A stretch of 64,000 nt of DNA from the NCBI RefSeq assembly GCF_006345805.1, contig NC_043006.1:11966001-12030000 (forward strand), written 5' to 3'. The stretch is from Octopus sinensis (Eukaryota). Position 1 is the first letter of the stretch. Each line of letters opens with the position of its first letter. Of the stretch, positions 12,070 through 24,639 are shown in pieces. The notes beneath the pieces are model-generated. The model was not told where the DNA came from. It searched no databases and was given only the letters and a program-made list of their open reading frames with translations. A program made the translations under genes and the position numbers.

Positions 12070-13289
12070 ATACGGGCATAACACAGATACTAATATACCA
12101 ATATACATACAATCTTATATATGTAGTAATACTAGTTCTTCATACCAACTCTCTTTTGCTCATAAATTCTGTCTCTGCTGTATGACTGAATATTTAATAT
12201 CATCTCTTTCTCTCCATCGCTTTTCATCAGAATTGCTTCTCTTTATATATTTTTTATCTGATATCAGATTGCTACAAAACACTAAAAATTCAATTCGTCT
12301 TTTCACCAAGAGTAGAAATTTGAAGTTAATTTTCTCATCGTGTTATTCCATTTATTGATATTTTGTTTCTAAAGTATTTCCAAGCGTGTAAATAGAATAT
12401 TGATATTGCCAATTCTCCAGAATAATATACATTGTTAATTGAAGAAATTGACATCATTTTTAACCCTTCTTGGAATATAGCATTCATTAAGTTGTATACA
12501 TAGGCAAGAGACTTAATGAAAGTAGTCCTTAGTTAAGGGATGGTAATGAAGACAGCATCGCCCCTACTATTAAAAAAAAGGAAGAAATGTATGAATATAT
12601 TTAGAGACTGTGACCTTGTTGTTGGATATATTTTATACTCTTTGTCCAAGTAACTGGCTTTGAATTATTTGATTTACTAAATTCTAAGCAAATATAAGTA
12701 TAAATGTATGTAATATTTTTATAAAATCATAAAATGGATTAGACCTAAGAACGTAGGCTTACTCAGAAATGACCAGTGCAAACTTATACTTATGTAAATA
12801 AGCGATAAAACTATGGTTTCGCCACAATGATTGCATAATAATTCTGATGATCTGTTGCACGAAACATCACGCTCCTGCCTCTAGCGAATGTACTAATGGA
12901 CACACAACATCACCCATTGAAAGATATATAGGAAAACGGAAAAAGAGATTTAGTGTAAGGATTTGCTAGGGAGGAAGATGACAGAAATCAAGATAGGAAG
13001 GTTGAAAGGTTTTGCTTCTCTTTATGTATTCTTACATTTTTCACTAGTTTATATATTTTCATTGATTTCAGAATGCTGACTAATCCGTACCGTTCCCTTC
13101 AGAAGAATATGACACGTTACACTTTTTATTAAGATAAATAATATATGCGTTTTCCGAACGCAAATGTATTTAAAGTTCTAAGAAATTGCAAGAAGATAAG
13201 TCTTCCCTAAGTTAAGTTATCGAGACGTTGCTTTTGACATTTATTCCCATGTTACCCAGTGCATATTTCGGGCCGATAGGCGAATTTTG

Positions 13290-14080
13290 GAAATGTAAAA
13301 TACAACGAGCTGCCATCAAACACAACGAAACGTCGATTTGAACTCGAAATTCTCGAAGCCATAATAGAAAAAAACTTTGGCTAACAAAATTGAAATATTG
13401 ACAGCTACATGAACAGAGAACACGAGTTCATAGGTGAATGTTTCACAGACGACAAACAAGATGAATGAAAACGGTCTGATATCCACTCAAGAAATGACCG
13501 GTATAATGGTTTCTTTTATAGATATGCAAGCGCCACTTCATTATATTCTTCAGACGAAGAAAGCTCTTTGCAGATAAAAAAAGATTTATGACTTCTATTT
13601 TTACTAGACGTCTATATCCGGCCATATTCTCCTGCTTTCTTACTTTATTAGAAGCATTATATTTTCCGAAGACAATTTCAATGGATGATGTTAGATTTTA
13701 ATTCGTGACAAGAAATTGGCCCTTGCCATTTAAAACGAAACGATGGTTTTAATAGCAATAGAATATTGGCGAGTACCATGCTTCGAAATTAGTAGCTGAG
13801 ACTTCGACCTGCAGGACGGATTCAGAATTCATTACCTGGATAAATCATGCTATTCCTACATTCCATTTGTGAATCTCTCGGGAATGTCACTAGCTAAGTA
13901 TTATCTTTAAAACTTGCCGACTTCGATTTCTAGTAATATCGATAAATTTTCATTTACAGCGTTTCTAAAACAGGAATTTTGATGCAATTGATAATGGATA
14001 TCTGATAGGCCAGTCACTAATTTTCGACCCGGGATAGTGTAACTTATGGAAATAGCGTGAAACATTGCAGATTGAGAATA
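13290..14080 (+). pseudogene. possible very old mariner transposase remnant
   Basis: Correct order of weak motifs: IQRAAIK (13300-13320), GECFTDDK (cf. GRESLEDD), RKLFADKKRFMT (cf. RKLSARWVPRLLT), KLADFDF (cf. DLAPSDF); many stops and frameshifts. Confidence 0.3.
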
Positions 14081-15616
14081 CGACTAATCCAGAAATGTAT
14101 CAATTACTTCAGAACAACTGTACATCTGTAGATCGGTAATAGAGAACAGACACGTAATGTCAAAGACGCGCGCGCGCCACACACACGCGTGCACACACAC
14201 ACACACATACACACATTACATATGTATGCGTATGTGTAGATGTGTATATATATATATGCATATGCAATATAATGCACTTACACAAACGCACACACATACA
14301 CACACACATAAATATACAATCATCCAAACATGCAAAGGCATGCTCACGCACACAATGTACACACATATTCATATATAATTACCCACACATGCGAACGTAC
14401 GCATACACACAAGCACACACACATACTCATACATAATATGTATATAAAGCTTAGGCAATAGTTAAGTTGTTAGCTAATGAAGTAGATGGATGTTTGTGTG
14501 TTTGTATTTACAAATATAAATATGTGTTCAAATTCTTGTAATAACTGTTTCCTTTTGAGGATATTTACTCTCCGAACCATATCTAAAATTCCATTTCAAG
14601 AAATATCGGAAGTTTCTATTTGTCTGCCTATTAGATGATATATTAGATTAAAACTGCTTGTGTGGCTAACATTCTGCAAAAGCATTCAAGCAATTCAAAA
14701 CTGAGAAAGCGGAACACTAAAGTTTGATCTATGTCTTCAGAACAATATAACCTACAGCTAAAATTGCTCTTTCGCCTATTGATCGGTTCAGGTGTTTATT
14801 CGTTGTTCGATGGAGCAAACCATGAAAAATGACTGTTGGCAGTTCTTTTGTATCGTTGGACTGCAATAGCATCGTCTAAATTCTAAAACTTCTTTTATAA
14901 TCGCTTTCATTGATCATCAAAAGTTTTAATTAAAACAATTTCATTAAGCATTCAGCGCTATCGTATATGATAACTAAGAACAACAAAGCTATGTAAAGAT
15001 ATAAAATCATAATCGCAATCAACAATTGTAAAATTTATACCACGAACAATAGCATCAATGCAACAAAGAATATTGTTGTGTATGCGTATGTGTGTAAATA
15101 CGAAATATATACATACAGCAATGTATGTATATATTTCTATCGGATTACAAAAAAATTTTATATCTTTAAATTTCATACAGAACAACAACTGCCAAATTCA
15201 TTAACAATTCCGTTATATTTCTACAAAAATAAATAATATAAAAGCTTTATATCTTTGAGAGAATCTCATGCTCATAGAACTTATTAACTGACCGAGAAAA
15301 ATCCATTAAAATCAACTATCGGAATGGAATCAGTTTCCTCTCTATTGTTATAATATTTCTTGTCTTAAAGGGGCTCTCTCTCTCATTTTTGAATAACAGC
15401 TCAGGAAATATATAAATGATATTTATAATATAGATGGCTTTCAAACTGAATGTTATTGAAAATGTTAATCGAACATCCTAGTTCAAATAGCGATTAAGTA
15501 ACACGAAGATCAATGTCGCTGAGATACTGATACCGGTAGGATCTAAGTTGGTTTATTTTCAATATAGCATTACAGATAAAAGACGTTTATCTGTATGAGT
15601 GTGTGTGCATACATAA

Positions 15617-15650
<34 letters not shown>

Positions 15651-15654
15651 GTAT

Positions 15655-16012
15655 ACTCTTTTACTCTTTTACTTGTTTCAGTCATTTTGACTGCGGCCAT
15701 GCTGGAGCACCGCCTTTAGTACTTATTCTATCGGTCTCTTTTTTGCCGAACCGCTAAGTGACGGGGACGTAAACACACCAGCATCGGTTGTCAAGCAATG
15801 CTAGGGGGACAAACACACACACACACACACATATATATATACATATATACGACAGGCTTCTTTCAGTTTCCGTCTACCAAATCCACTCACAAGGCATTGG
15901 TCGGCCCGGGTCTATAGCAGAAGACACTTGCCCAAGATGCCACGCAGTGGGACTGAACCCGCAACCATGTGGTTGGTTAGCAAGCTACTTACCACACAGC
16001 CACTCCTGCGCC
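15655..16012 (-). mobile_element. SINE family A, same ~40-bp deletion variant as 7378
   Basis: Head-to-tail copy; minus strand reads GAATAAGTACTAAAGGCGGTGC across the deletion. Confidence 0.9.
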
Positions 16013-16022
16013 TATATATATA

Positions 16023-16057
<35 letters not shown>

Positions 16058-16370
16058 ACCGTCACCGTCACCGTCACCGACCAGGCTATCTGATGTTGCT
16101 ACACATCGCTGGTCACAATGCGCTTCGCATTGTTTTAGCCTTCAAATGACGCCACCCCGCTGGCTAAGCGAGCAGGCCAACAGAAGAAAGAATGAGAGAA
16201 AGTTGTGGCGAAAGAGTAGAGCAGGAATCGCCACCACCACCCTGCCGGAGCCTCGTGGAGCTTTAGGTGCTTTCGTTCAATAAACACTCACAACGCCCGG
16301 TCTGGGAATCGAAACCGCGATTCTACAACCACGAGTCTACTGCCCTAACCACTGGGCCATTGCGCCTCCA
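16058..16370 (-). mobile_element. SINE head B + tail 1, ending in (GTGACG)n
   Basis: Reverse complement of 6837-type element with complete tail ...GATAGCCTGGTCGGTGACGGTGACGGTGACGG. Confidence 0.9.
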
Positions 16371-16789
16371 CACACACACACACACAACACATATATATAT
16401 ATATATTTATCTATATGTATGCATGTGTGCGTATGTGTGTGTTTGTGTGTGTATGTATATATTTATATATGTATGTGTGTGTACGTGTACGTATGTATGT
16501 ATGTTAGTACAAGAGTGAGTAAACAACCGAAAGAAGTTGGCGCTCAAAGTATTTGGTAAGAGTTACACATAACTGGCACTCATTTGGGCTGAAGACTTCA
16601 TTTTGAACGATTTTCCTGATGCTTCATAGATGCTTTCATGAAATTCATTCAATTGTTAAACATAAATAAATCTTGGAATCAAATGGTTTTGATTTACTGT
16701 CAGGTGACTTGGGCCAAATAAAGAAATCTAGTTCAGCTATCTGAGCGCGCGCGTGTGTGTGTATAATAGGACTAAGGTATCTTGTTTGT

Positions 16790-17985
16790 GTAGATAAAGA
16801 TTATCTAATCCATTGCAATGTGTACAGGGTCGACTGGTTTCACTTCGATAATCATGATTTAATGTTATGAAATCATAATCAGTTTTTGATTTAATCTTCC
16901 TTAGAAGCAGGTATTATGCAGTTTTGGGACATTCCTGTTGAACCTATATAGTTTCTACGGTAGCCGGAACATTTTATGATGTAGATATTTTCATAGGCGC
17001 ATGTGAAGTCAGTTTTAATTTTAAATTTTTCTTCTGGTTTAAAATTTTGAGCCTTCCATTATGTTGGGACATGTTCCACAATTCGGTCGTTCATATTTTT
17101 AACTTTTGCTTCCGTTACTTTTGAGTATCGTTTTGCATTTGCGAGCTGTTGCTGATGGTGATGCTGTTGCTGTTGAGTGAAAGGTCTTCGTCCCTGAACT
17201 CGCAAGATGGGAGAAGTCCGAAACGTGGTCCTTTGCTATTTGTAAGATCCGCAGAAGAGAAAGCAGGTCAACCCCCGACACCGAGAGCATCGACGGATGG
17301 ATGAATGCGCATCCAGGCTCAGCGGTTGCATAGGAAGTCGGGGACAAGAAACAGGAAGAAAGAGTGAGAGAAAGTTGGAGCGAAAGAATACAACAGGGGT
17401 CGCCACCACCACCCCCTGCAGGAGCCTCGTGGAGCTTTAGGTGCTTTCGCTCAATAAACACACACAACGCCCGGTCTGGGAATCGAAACCGCGAGTCTGC
17501 TTCCCTAACCACTGGGCCATTGCGGCTCCACTGCATTTGCGATTGTACGCTTTAGTGGTTTTGACCGTTTGTTGCTTTTAATAAGTTTATGAGTGCGTAG
17601 AATTTTATGCAGCTTAGGATCCTTATGTAGTATTGGAAAATTTTAGATAATTGTGTTATATGCTTCGTTGTTTCTGGGGTTATATGCGAAAATATAAGGT
17701 AATAATTTTGGAATGGGTGTGTTGCTTTGTTTGACCGCTCTTAGTGTTTGTATATTAATTCTTTTTACATGTTTTATCCCATATAAGCGAAGATGGGTAG
17801 TGTCTGTCGACGAGTATGTTTTTAAGTACTTGTCTGAGTTCTCTGATGTTCTTTTCCGACACTATAGTGCAGATTCTTCTCACTAGATTGAATAGGATGT
17901 TTATTTTAACGACTCGTGTGGCAAGAGCTAAATAATAAGTATTGTTTCCAGCCTGTAGTTTTGTAAAATATGTCGGTTTCTGTTT
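16790..17985 (-). pseudogene. Penelope-like element remnant: RT thumb, linker, CxxC and GIY-YIG endonuclease, interrupted by a SINE
   Basis: Hand translation with stops/frameshifts: ETDIFYKTTGWKQYLLFSSCH; KINILFNLVRRICTIVS...RHYPSSLI; LPYIFAYNPRN...FPILHKDP; KKYERPNCGTCPNIMEG; FKIKTDFTCAYENIYIIKCSGYRRNYIGSTG. Confidence 0.8.
17145..17531 (-). mobile_element. SINE head B + tail 3, with 11-bp TSD
   Basis: TGCATTTGCGA at 17134-17144 and 17532-17542; tail ends in CAGCAACAGCATCACCATCAGCAACAGC. Confidence 0.9.
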
Positions 17986-19110
17986 TCTTTATTTACTTTT
18001 TTACTTATTATATCTAGAAAAGGGGTTCCTTTTCGTTGTGTTTCATTGTGAATTATATATTTGTATTTATGCTATTGAAAAGTCTATTGAATTCCAAAAG
18101 TTTCACTATGTTCACCAAAGTTGAACACTGATGTCAACGTAATCGACTTAGCCCCTGCCCGAAATTGCTGGCCTTTCGACCAAAATTTGAAACCAATATA
18201 TTAACCACCTGGTATTTTATTAGCTTTCTTTACATCCCAATTTCAAATACTGCTGTTATTAGATGACAATGCTTACTAATAAAGAATTGGTAATGTAGTT
18301 TACACATGTTTCTCATTAATTAAAAAACAACCATAGTTAAGTTTCAAATTAATATTTAACACTTAACCATTTTCCAGTTATTGTTTTGTTGTTTCCGCGG
18401 GATGGTTCTTGGTAGTTTAGAAGAATGACGCTACAGTGGTGTCTATCAGTATTCCGTTAAGAGAATTAAGGTTAATTTTTTCCGGGATAGAATTTTAGTC
18501 TATGGCAAAAAAATTTATCCAACAACAGAAACTACACTGGGAAGCTACTTGTAGTTTCCCACACATTCCTAGAACTCCCCAAACCAATGCTATTTATGCA
18601 GTTTTTATTCCTTTTGAATTACTGAAATGAGACGACTGCAAATAATACACGTGCTACTTATAGTATAAAGGAACATTTTCACCAGCTTTAAATAATTCTA
18701 GCGACGTGGACAGGGCTTTTGAGAAATGAGAAGCTACTTTCTGTACGTCATTGTATTTATTAACTGTTACAGTGTGGCAAGCTGATTTGATGCCTCAGAG
18801 CAGCAGAAGAATGCTTTGATATACTTCTTCCTCCTCTCACTTTGTGTTTCGCGATCAAATTCCGTCAAGGTCCACTTTAACTTCACTTCTATTCAGGGTC
18901 GATACAGTACAGTACTAAAATAAGTACCTGGGTCGATGTTATCGACTAAACGCCTCCACGCAATATTGCTGGTCTTGTGTCTGGTTCAGAAATCATTGCT
19001 ATTTATCTGCTGTACAATTTGGTTTTACGAAACATTAAGCCTCTGGTTCATAGTAAGATTATATTTTCTACTCCTACAAACACAGACGCATGGACACACA
19101 CACGCACACA

Positions 19111-19166
<56 letters not shown>

Positions 19167-19399
19167 AAAGTTTGAAAGCAATCCAAACCTAAATTGATAA
19201 AATTATTCGACAATAAACACATATAGAAGTCAGTTCAACTCTATGCTACATATACGTGGTGAATCGCCCTCAAAACTATTCATTTCCACTTCACCAAAAT
19301 GACCACAAGGCTTTCAGTCAACAAGGTCACTACCTCTCACAATAGTCTTTCCATTACCCCCACGCAACACTCCCATCCCTCAGCAAACACTTCAACCAC

Positions 19400-19760
19400 T
19401 TTCTACAGAAGAATATTCTGATATTTGGAGCGTATTACAGTGTCGTATTACCAAGAAGAGTAATCTTCGACCCTGCCAACTTCCGTCTTATGGAAATTAC
19501 TTCCAACATTTCAAAACGGAGACAGCCACTAACAGCTCGCTTCTCCAACATATTGAACCTATCACAAGCATACTTTAACTTGTAGTCTATAGATAGAATG
19601 GATCTATCTCACTCTCTCCACAGTAGTTCTCTTCAGGCATCTTCTCTTAGAGAATTCACGACTCTCTCCTTTTTTCGCATTGTATCTGCCTTCACTATCT
19701 CGTTGCCAATTCGCCAAGTCTGCTCTCTCTAGAACTTCGATACTTTAAAATTCTCTCACA
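19400..19760 (+). pseudogene. degenerate non-LTR retrotransposon RT fragment (CR1/L2-like)
   Basis: LPRRVIFDPANFRLMEITSNISK resembles the PKKGDxSDPxNYRPIxxTSxISK RT region; the rest is degraded. Confidence 0.4.
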
Positions 19761-20443
19761 GCACGTCTATTATTTGCAGTCGTCTGCTTTCAATAATTCA
19801 AGAGGAATAAAAACTGCATCAATAACATACGTCTGGGAAGTTCTGGGAATCTGTGGGAAAGTCTGAGTAGAACAATTGTGATAAATCCTTTTTCATATGA
19901 AGAAAAAAAAACTAAGAAAAAAAGAGAAGGAACAAAGTGGCAGTTGAACTTTATTTACTGCAGAAATGTATGAACTGTGACTTAACTGTAGGTGAGAAGT
20001 TACGTTACGTAGTGGAACAGAAAGGCCAGTTTATATATGACACAAAGGGTAAACATAAAGCTAAGACTCTGGATAGACATAAATTATGACGGTGAAAACG
20101 AGAGAGATATAAAGAAAAGTAAACTGTATAGAAATGTATACAGAAAAAATTTGAAAAGCGTAAAACTATAGAAAGATATGAACAGTTCAACAAAAAAGTG
20201 ATAGTCTTGAAGCTGGACTCGGGTTGTTGGTATATTGAATATGTTTAAACATCAACACGTATAGCATTCAATTTTTATGTGGGTTCATGTGTGAATTTTG
20301 ATTTATACACACTGACACATACACAAAAATACATACACACGAAAACATACGTAGATACATGAAAAATACAACTATAAATATATTTTTATATATACATACA
20401 TGCATACATACATACGTATATACATACATACATACATATCGGG

Positions 20444-20761
20444 AGACCCCCCCCCCGTCGGTCACGACACTGACCATGGGATTGCACCTAGAAAGTTACC
20501 CTCCCAGGCACAAGTCCAGTAGTCGCCCAAGCATACTGGCCTCCCCTCTCCGCGCCACCAGTGTTATCCAAGGGAAAGGCAAAGGGGCCGATACAGCTTG
20601 GCACCCGTGACTTCGCAACTCATTTCTACAGCTGAGTGAACTGGAGCAAAGTGAAATAAAGTGTCTTGCTCAAGAATACAACACGCAGCCCGGTCTGGGA
20701 TTCGATCTTACAACCTCACGATCGTAAGCTCGACGCTCTAACCACTGAGCCATGCGCCTTC
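20444..20761 (-). mobile_element. SINE head D2 + CORE-like domain + tail 5
   Basis: GAAGGCGCATGGCTCAGTGGTTAGAGCGTCGAGCTTACG head, TGTATTCTTGAGCAAGACACTTTATTTC core; similar to 54930-55261; flanked by (TACA)n. Confidence 0.9.
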
Positions 20762-20784
20762 ACATACATACATACATACATACA

Positions 20785-20818
<34 letters not shown>

Positions 20819-21386
20819 CGTACATACATACATACGTATATACATACATACATGCATACATACATGTAGTGCACCTGAGCACTGTACACAATGTTTATTA
20901 TTATTATTATTATTATATATATAAATAAATGCATACAAAAGTTTAAGTTATCCTGTTAAATTTGGAAGATGAAGAATTGGGTATGGTCTTGGCAGGAATA
21001 TTGTGAGAGGTCGTGACCTTGTTGTGAGACTAGTGACGTTGATAACATTCATGTACAAGTGTTCTGTTTCAGATGACCAGATACGAGATATGAAAGACAT
21101 AGTAGAAGCTGATGATTTTCAGAAGGCCAATGCTCACGAGAGAAAGGACTGAAGGAGTTGGGTGCACCAGTACGAGGAGGGGGCGCTCGGCGATGGACGT
21201 ACGAGAACAGCTCTGTTCGAGGAACAGAGGGGAATGTAGCAGAGACAGAAAAATGAAAGAGAGACAGAGAGAGAGAGAGAGGAGAGAGAGAGAGAAAGGG
21301 AAAGGAATAGGAGAGACAAAGAGGGTAACAGCACGCCTGTTATCAAGAGGCTGGAGTATTTCCTACACAAACATGCACACATATTT

Positions 21387-21421
<35 letters not shown>

Positions 21422-21497
21422 GGTCCCGGGTTGATTCGGGGTTAACCACAGTAAATAAGGTACTCAATACATAGCAGAGTAAAATTAATTTATTATA

Positions 21498-21816
21498 TAG
21501 AAGGAGCTTCTACAGGACTAGAACTGTTCATTCAAGAGAAATCTTCAGGAAGCTAGTTAACAAGAATTGTATTGGCATTTATACATTTAGGCAGGTTTAA
21601 AGGGGTGGTGGTGGGGACTTTTTGGGGGTAGGCATAGCGCAAAAAATCATACTACCCCAAGTATGATTTTTTGCGCTATGCCTACCCCCAAAGAGTCCCC
21701 ACCACCACCCCTTTAAACCTGCCTAAATGTATAAATGCCAATACAATTCTTGGTAACTAGCTTCCTGAAGATTTCTTTTGAATGAAACAGTTCTAGTCCT
21801 GTAGAAGCTCCTTCTA
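21498..21816. repeat. near-perfect palindrome, ~156-bp arms, 6-nt loop
   Basis: 21498-21653 vs reverse complement of 21660-21816: 3 substitutions + 1 indel; loop ACCCCA. Confidence 0.95.
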
Positions 21817-21828
21817 ATAATAAATAAC

Positions 21829-21829
<1 letters not shown>

Positions 21830-21908
<79 letters not shown>

Positions 21909-21955
21909 CCATATATATATACATATATATAATATATATATATATATTAATATAC

Positions 21956-21998
<43 letters not shown>

Positions 21999-22048
21999 CA
22001 TATATAATATACATATACATATATATATATATACTATACATTATACAT

Positions 22049-22086
<38 letters not shown>

Positions 22087-22145
22087 CATATTAATATATA
22101 TAGATATATATAATATACATATATATATATATATATACATAATAC

Positions 22146-22177
<32 letters not shown>

Positions 22178-22359
22178 ACATATATATATATAATATATAG
22201 ACATATATATATATACATATACATATATTTATACAATACAGTATTATATATATTATATATACATATATATGATATATATATATATACATATAAATATATA
22301 TAATATATAATAATATAAATTTATATATATACATATATAATATAATATTATATATATAC

Positions 22360-22390
<31 letters not shown>

Positions 22391-22724
22391 ACAATATATA
22401 TATAATATATATATACATAATTATATATACATATATATATATATAATATATATATATACATATATATATATATACTACATTATATATATATACATATATA
22501 TATACATATATATATATACATATATATATCTATACATATATATATACATATATATATACATATATATATATACAATATATATACATTATATATATATATA
22601 TAAATATATATTATATAGCATATATATATATAAAATAGATTATACCTCTAATATATATACATATATATATATATACATATATAATATATACATATATATA
22701 TATACATATATATATATATACATA

Positions 22725-22777
<53 letters not shown>

Positions 22778-22817
22778 TATTACAATATATATCTATATAT
22801 ATATATATATATATACC

Positions 22818-22866
<49 letters not shown>

Positions 22867-22867
22867 C

Positions 22868-22900
<33 letters not shown>

Positions 22901-22913
22901 CAATATATAATAT

Positions 22914-22945
<32 letters not shown>

Positions 22946-23169
22946 ATATATATATATATATATACATATGTATTATATATATAAATATATATATATAATA
23001 CTATACAATATATATAATAGATATATATAATATAGATACATATATATATATATCACTATATATTATATAATATATACATATATATATATATACATATGTA
23101 TAATATATATACATATATATATATATTATATATTACACATATATATATATAACATATATATATATACAC

Positions 23170-23224
<55 letters not shown>
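21830..23224. repeat. ~1.4 kb cryptic (TA)n/(TATATACA)n low-complexity tract
   Basis: Almost only A/T, with C far more common than G on the + strand. Confidence 0.95.
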
Positions 23225-23225
23225 A

Positions 23226-23437
23226 ATGCGCCCTTTTAAAGCCTAGCCACGCTCATGGGTCCAGTTTTCCGGTTTCAAATGTGTATGTGTTACCCAGCTG
23301 GATGGGAGGCCAGTCCATCGCAGCGTTACTCATTTTGCCAGCTGAGTGGACTGGAGCAACGTGTCACCTGGTCCAGGAATCGAAACCAATCTTACGATCA
23401 TGATGCTGACACCCTAACCACTAAGCACGCACCTCCA
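23226..23437 (-). mobile_element. SINE head D + CORE-like domain + tail 2 (internal deletion)
   Basis: Matches 34619-34863 and 45709-45940; tail CCCATGAGCGTGGCTAGGCTTTAAAAGGGCGCAT. Confidence 0.88.
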
Positions 23438-23484
23438 TAATATATATATATATATATATATACTCCTACACAAACATACACACA

Positions 23485-23557
<73 letters not shown>

Positions 23558-24136
23558 CGCATATATACATACACATACACTAGCACAAACCATATATAAA
23601 ATGAAATATATCCCTTTTCTATTTGATTAACCGATTCTGTATAAAAAAAATTACACCTGTCATTGCATCTTTAAATTCACTGAATATATACATACACAGC
23701 TTTCATCGATGTATTTCCCGTTAGCAATTGGAACAAGAATACATGAGATACAGCCTTTAATGAGCTTTCCTTCCGGCTATATAAGACATATTCTATAAAA
23801 TCGCCTCCTATTTATTGTATAATTGTCATCTTTGACACATTTCATTTGCAATGTTTTCGTAGCCCTTATAGATTAAATTAACTCCCTTTGTACCATATGC
23901 GATCTAACTATTATTAAATGTTTGAGAAGAAATGAAAACGACGTCAGAATATCAAAATGCAGAATATTCAATAAGAACTAGTACTATAAAATATTAACAA
24001 AAGGATAGTTTGTCAATCTGTATATAACGAAGCAAAAATAATCATTTCTTTTGCATAGTTAATACATACAGACACACACACACATACATACGTATATACA
24101 TACATACATACATACATACATACATACATACATACA

Positions 24137-24168
<32 letters not shown>

Positions 24169-24199
24169 CACATATATATGTGTGAGTCTTCTGTCCGGC

Positions 24200-24403
24200 A
24201 ATCGCCATGATAGATCGGTAGCCACTACACACATGTTTTCTCTCCTTGTTTCTCTCCTTGTTTTTTTCTGCGTCCCTTTCCGAAGAAGAGCGTAGGCTTG
24301 AAACGTAAAAGACTTTTTCAATACCTGAGCGTTATAATAATACAGCTGTTTGTTTTGTACACCACTTGTCTTCGTCTTTTGTTTTTTTCGTGAATTCTCC
24401 CCC
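24200..24403 (+). mobile_element. family E repeat with hammerhead-like motif
   Basis: CTTT-CCGAAGA-A-GAGC(gtag)GCTT-GAAA-CGT-A-AAAG at 24276-24311; homologous to 3268-3472. Confidence 0.75.
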
Positions 24404-24446
24404 TACATACATACATGCATGCATATACATACATACATACGTACAT

Positions 24447-24639
24447 ACTCAGCTGGCAAAAATGAGTAGTACTTGTATTTGAAAAGGTCAGCCTTGTCAC
24501 ATTCTGCGTCACGCTGAATATCTCTGAGAACTGTGTTAACGGTACAGGGTTCTGTGGAGTGCTCAGTCACTTGCTCGTTAATTTGACGAGCAAAGCTGTT
24601 CCGCTGATCGTATCAGCTGGGACCCTCGTCATCACAACC
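24447..24639 (+). mobile_element. 5'-truncated SINE: end of D-type CORE domain + tail 4
   Basis: ACTCAGCTGGCAAAAATGAGTA followed by GCCTTGTCACATTCTGCGTCACGCTGAATATC...ACCCTCGTC, the tail found on the head-B copy at 38337. Confidence 0.8.

Noticed and set aside
12844-12868. CTGATGA...GAAAC hammerhead-like spacing
   Set aside because: No proper stem II, stem III/NUH or stem I.
21765-21800. CTGAAGA-tttc-tttt-gaat-GAAAC in the palindrome's right arm
   Set aside because: Stem II only 3 bp and I could not build stem I; unsupported, though worth retesting on a family consensus.
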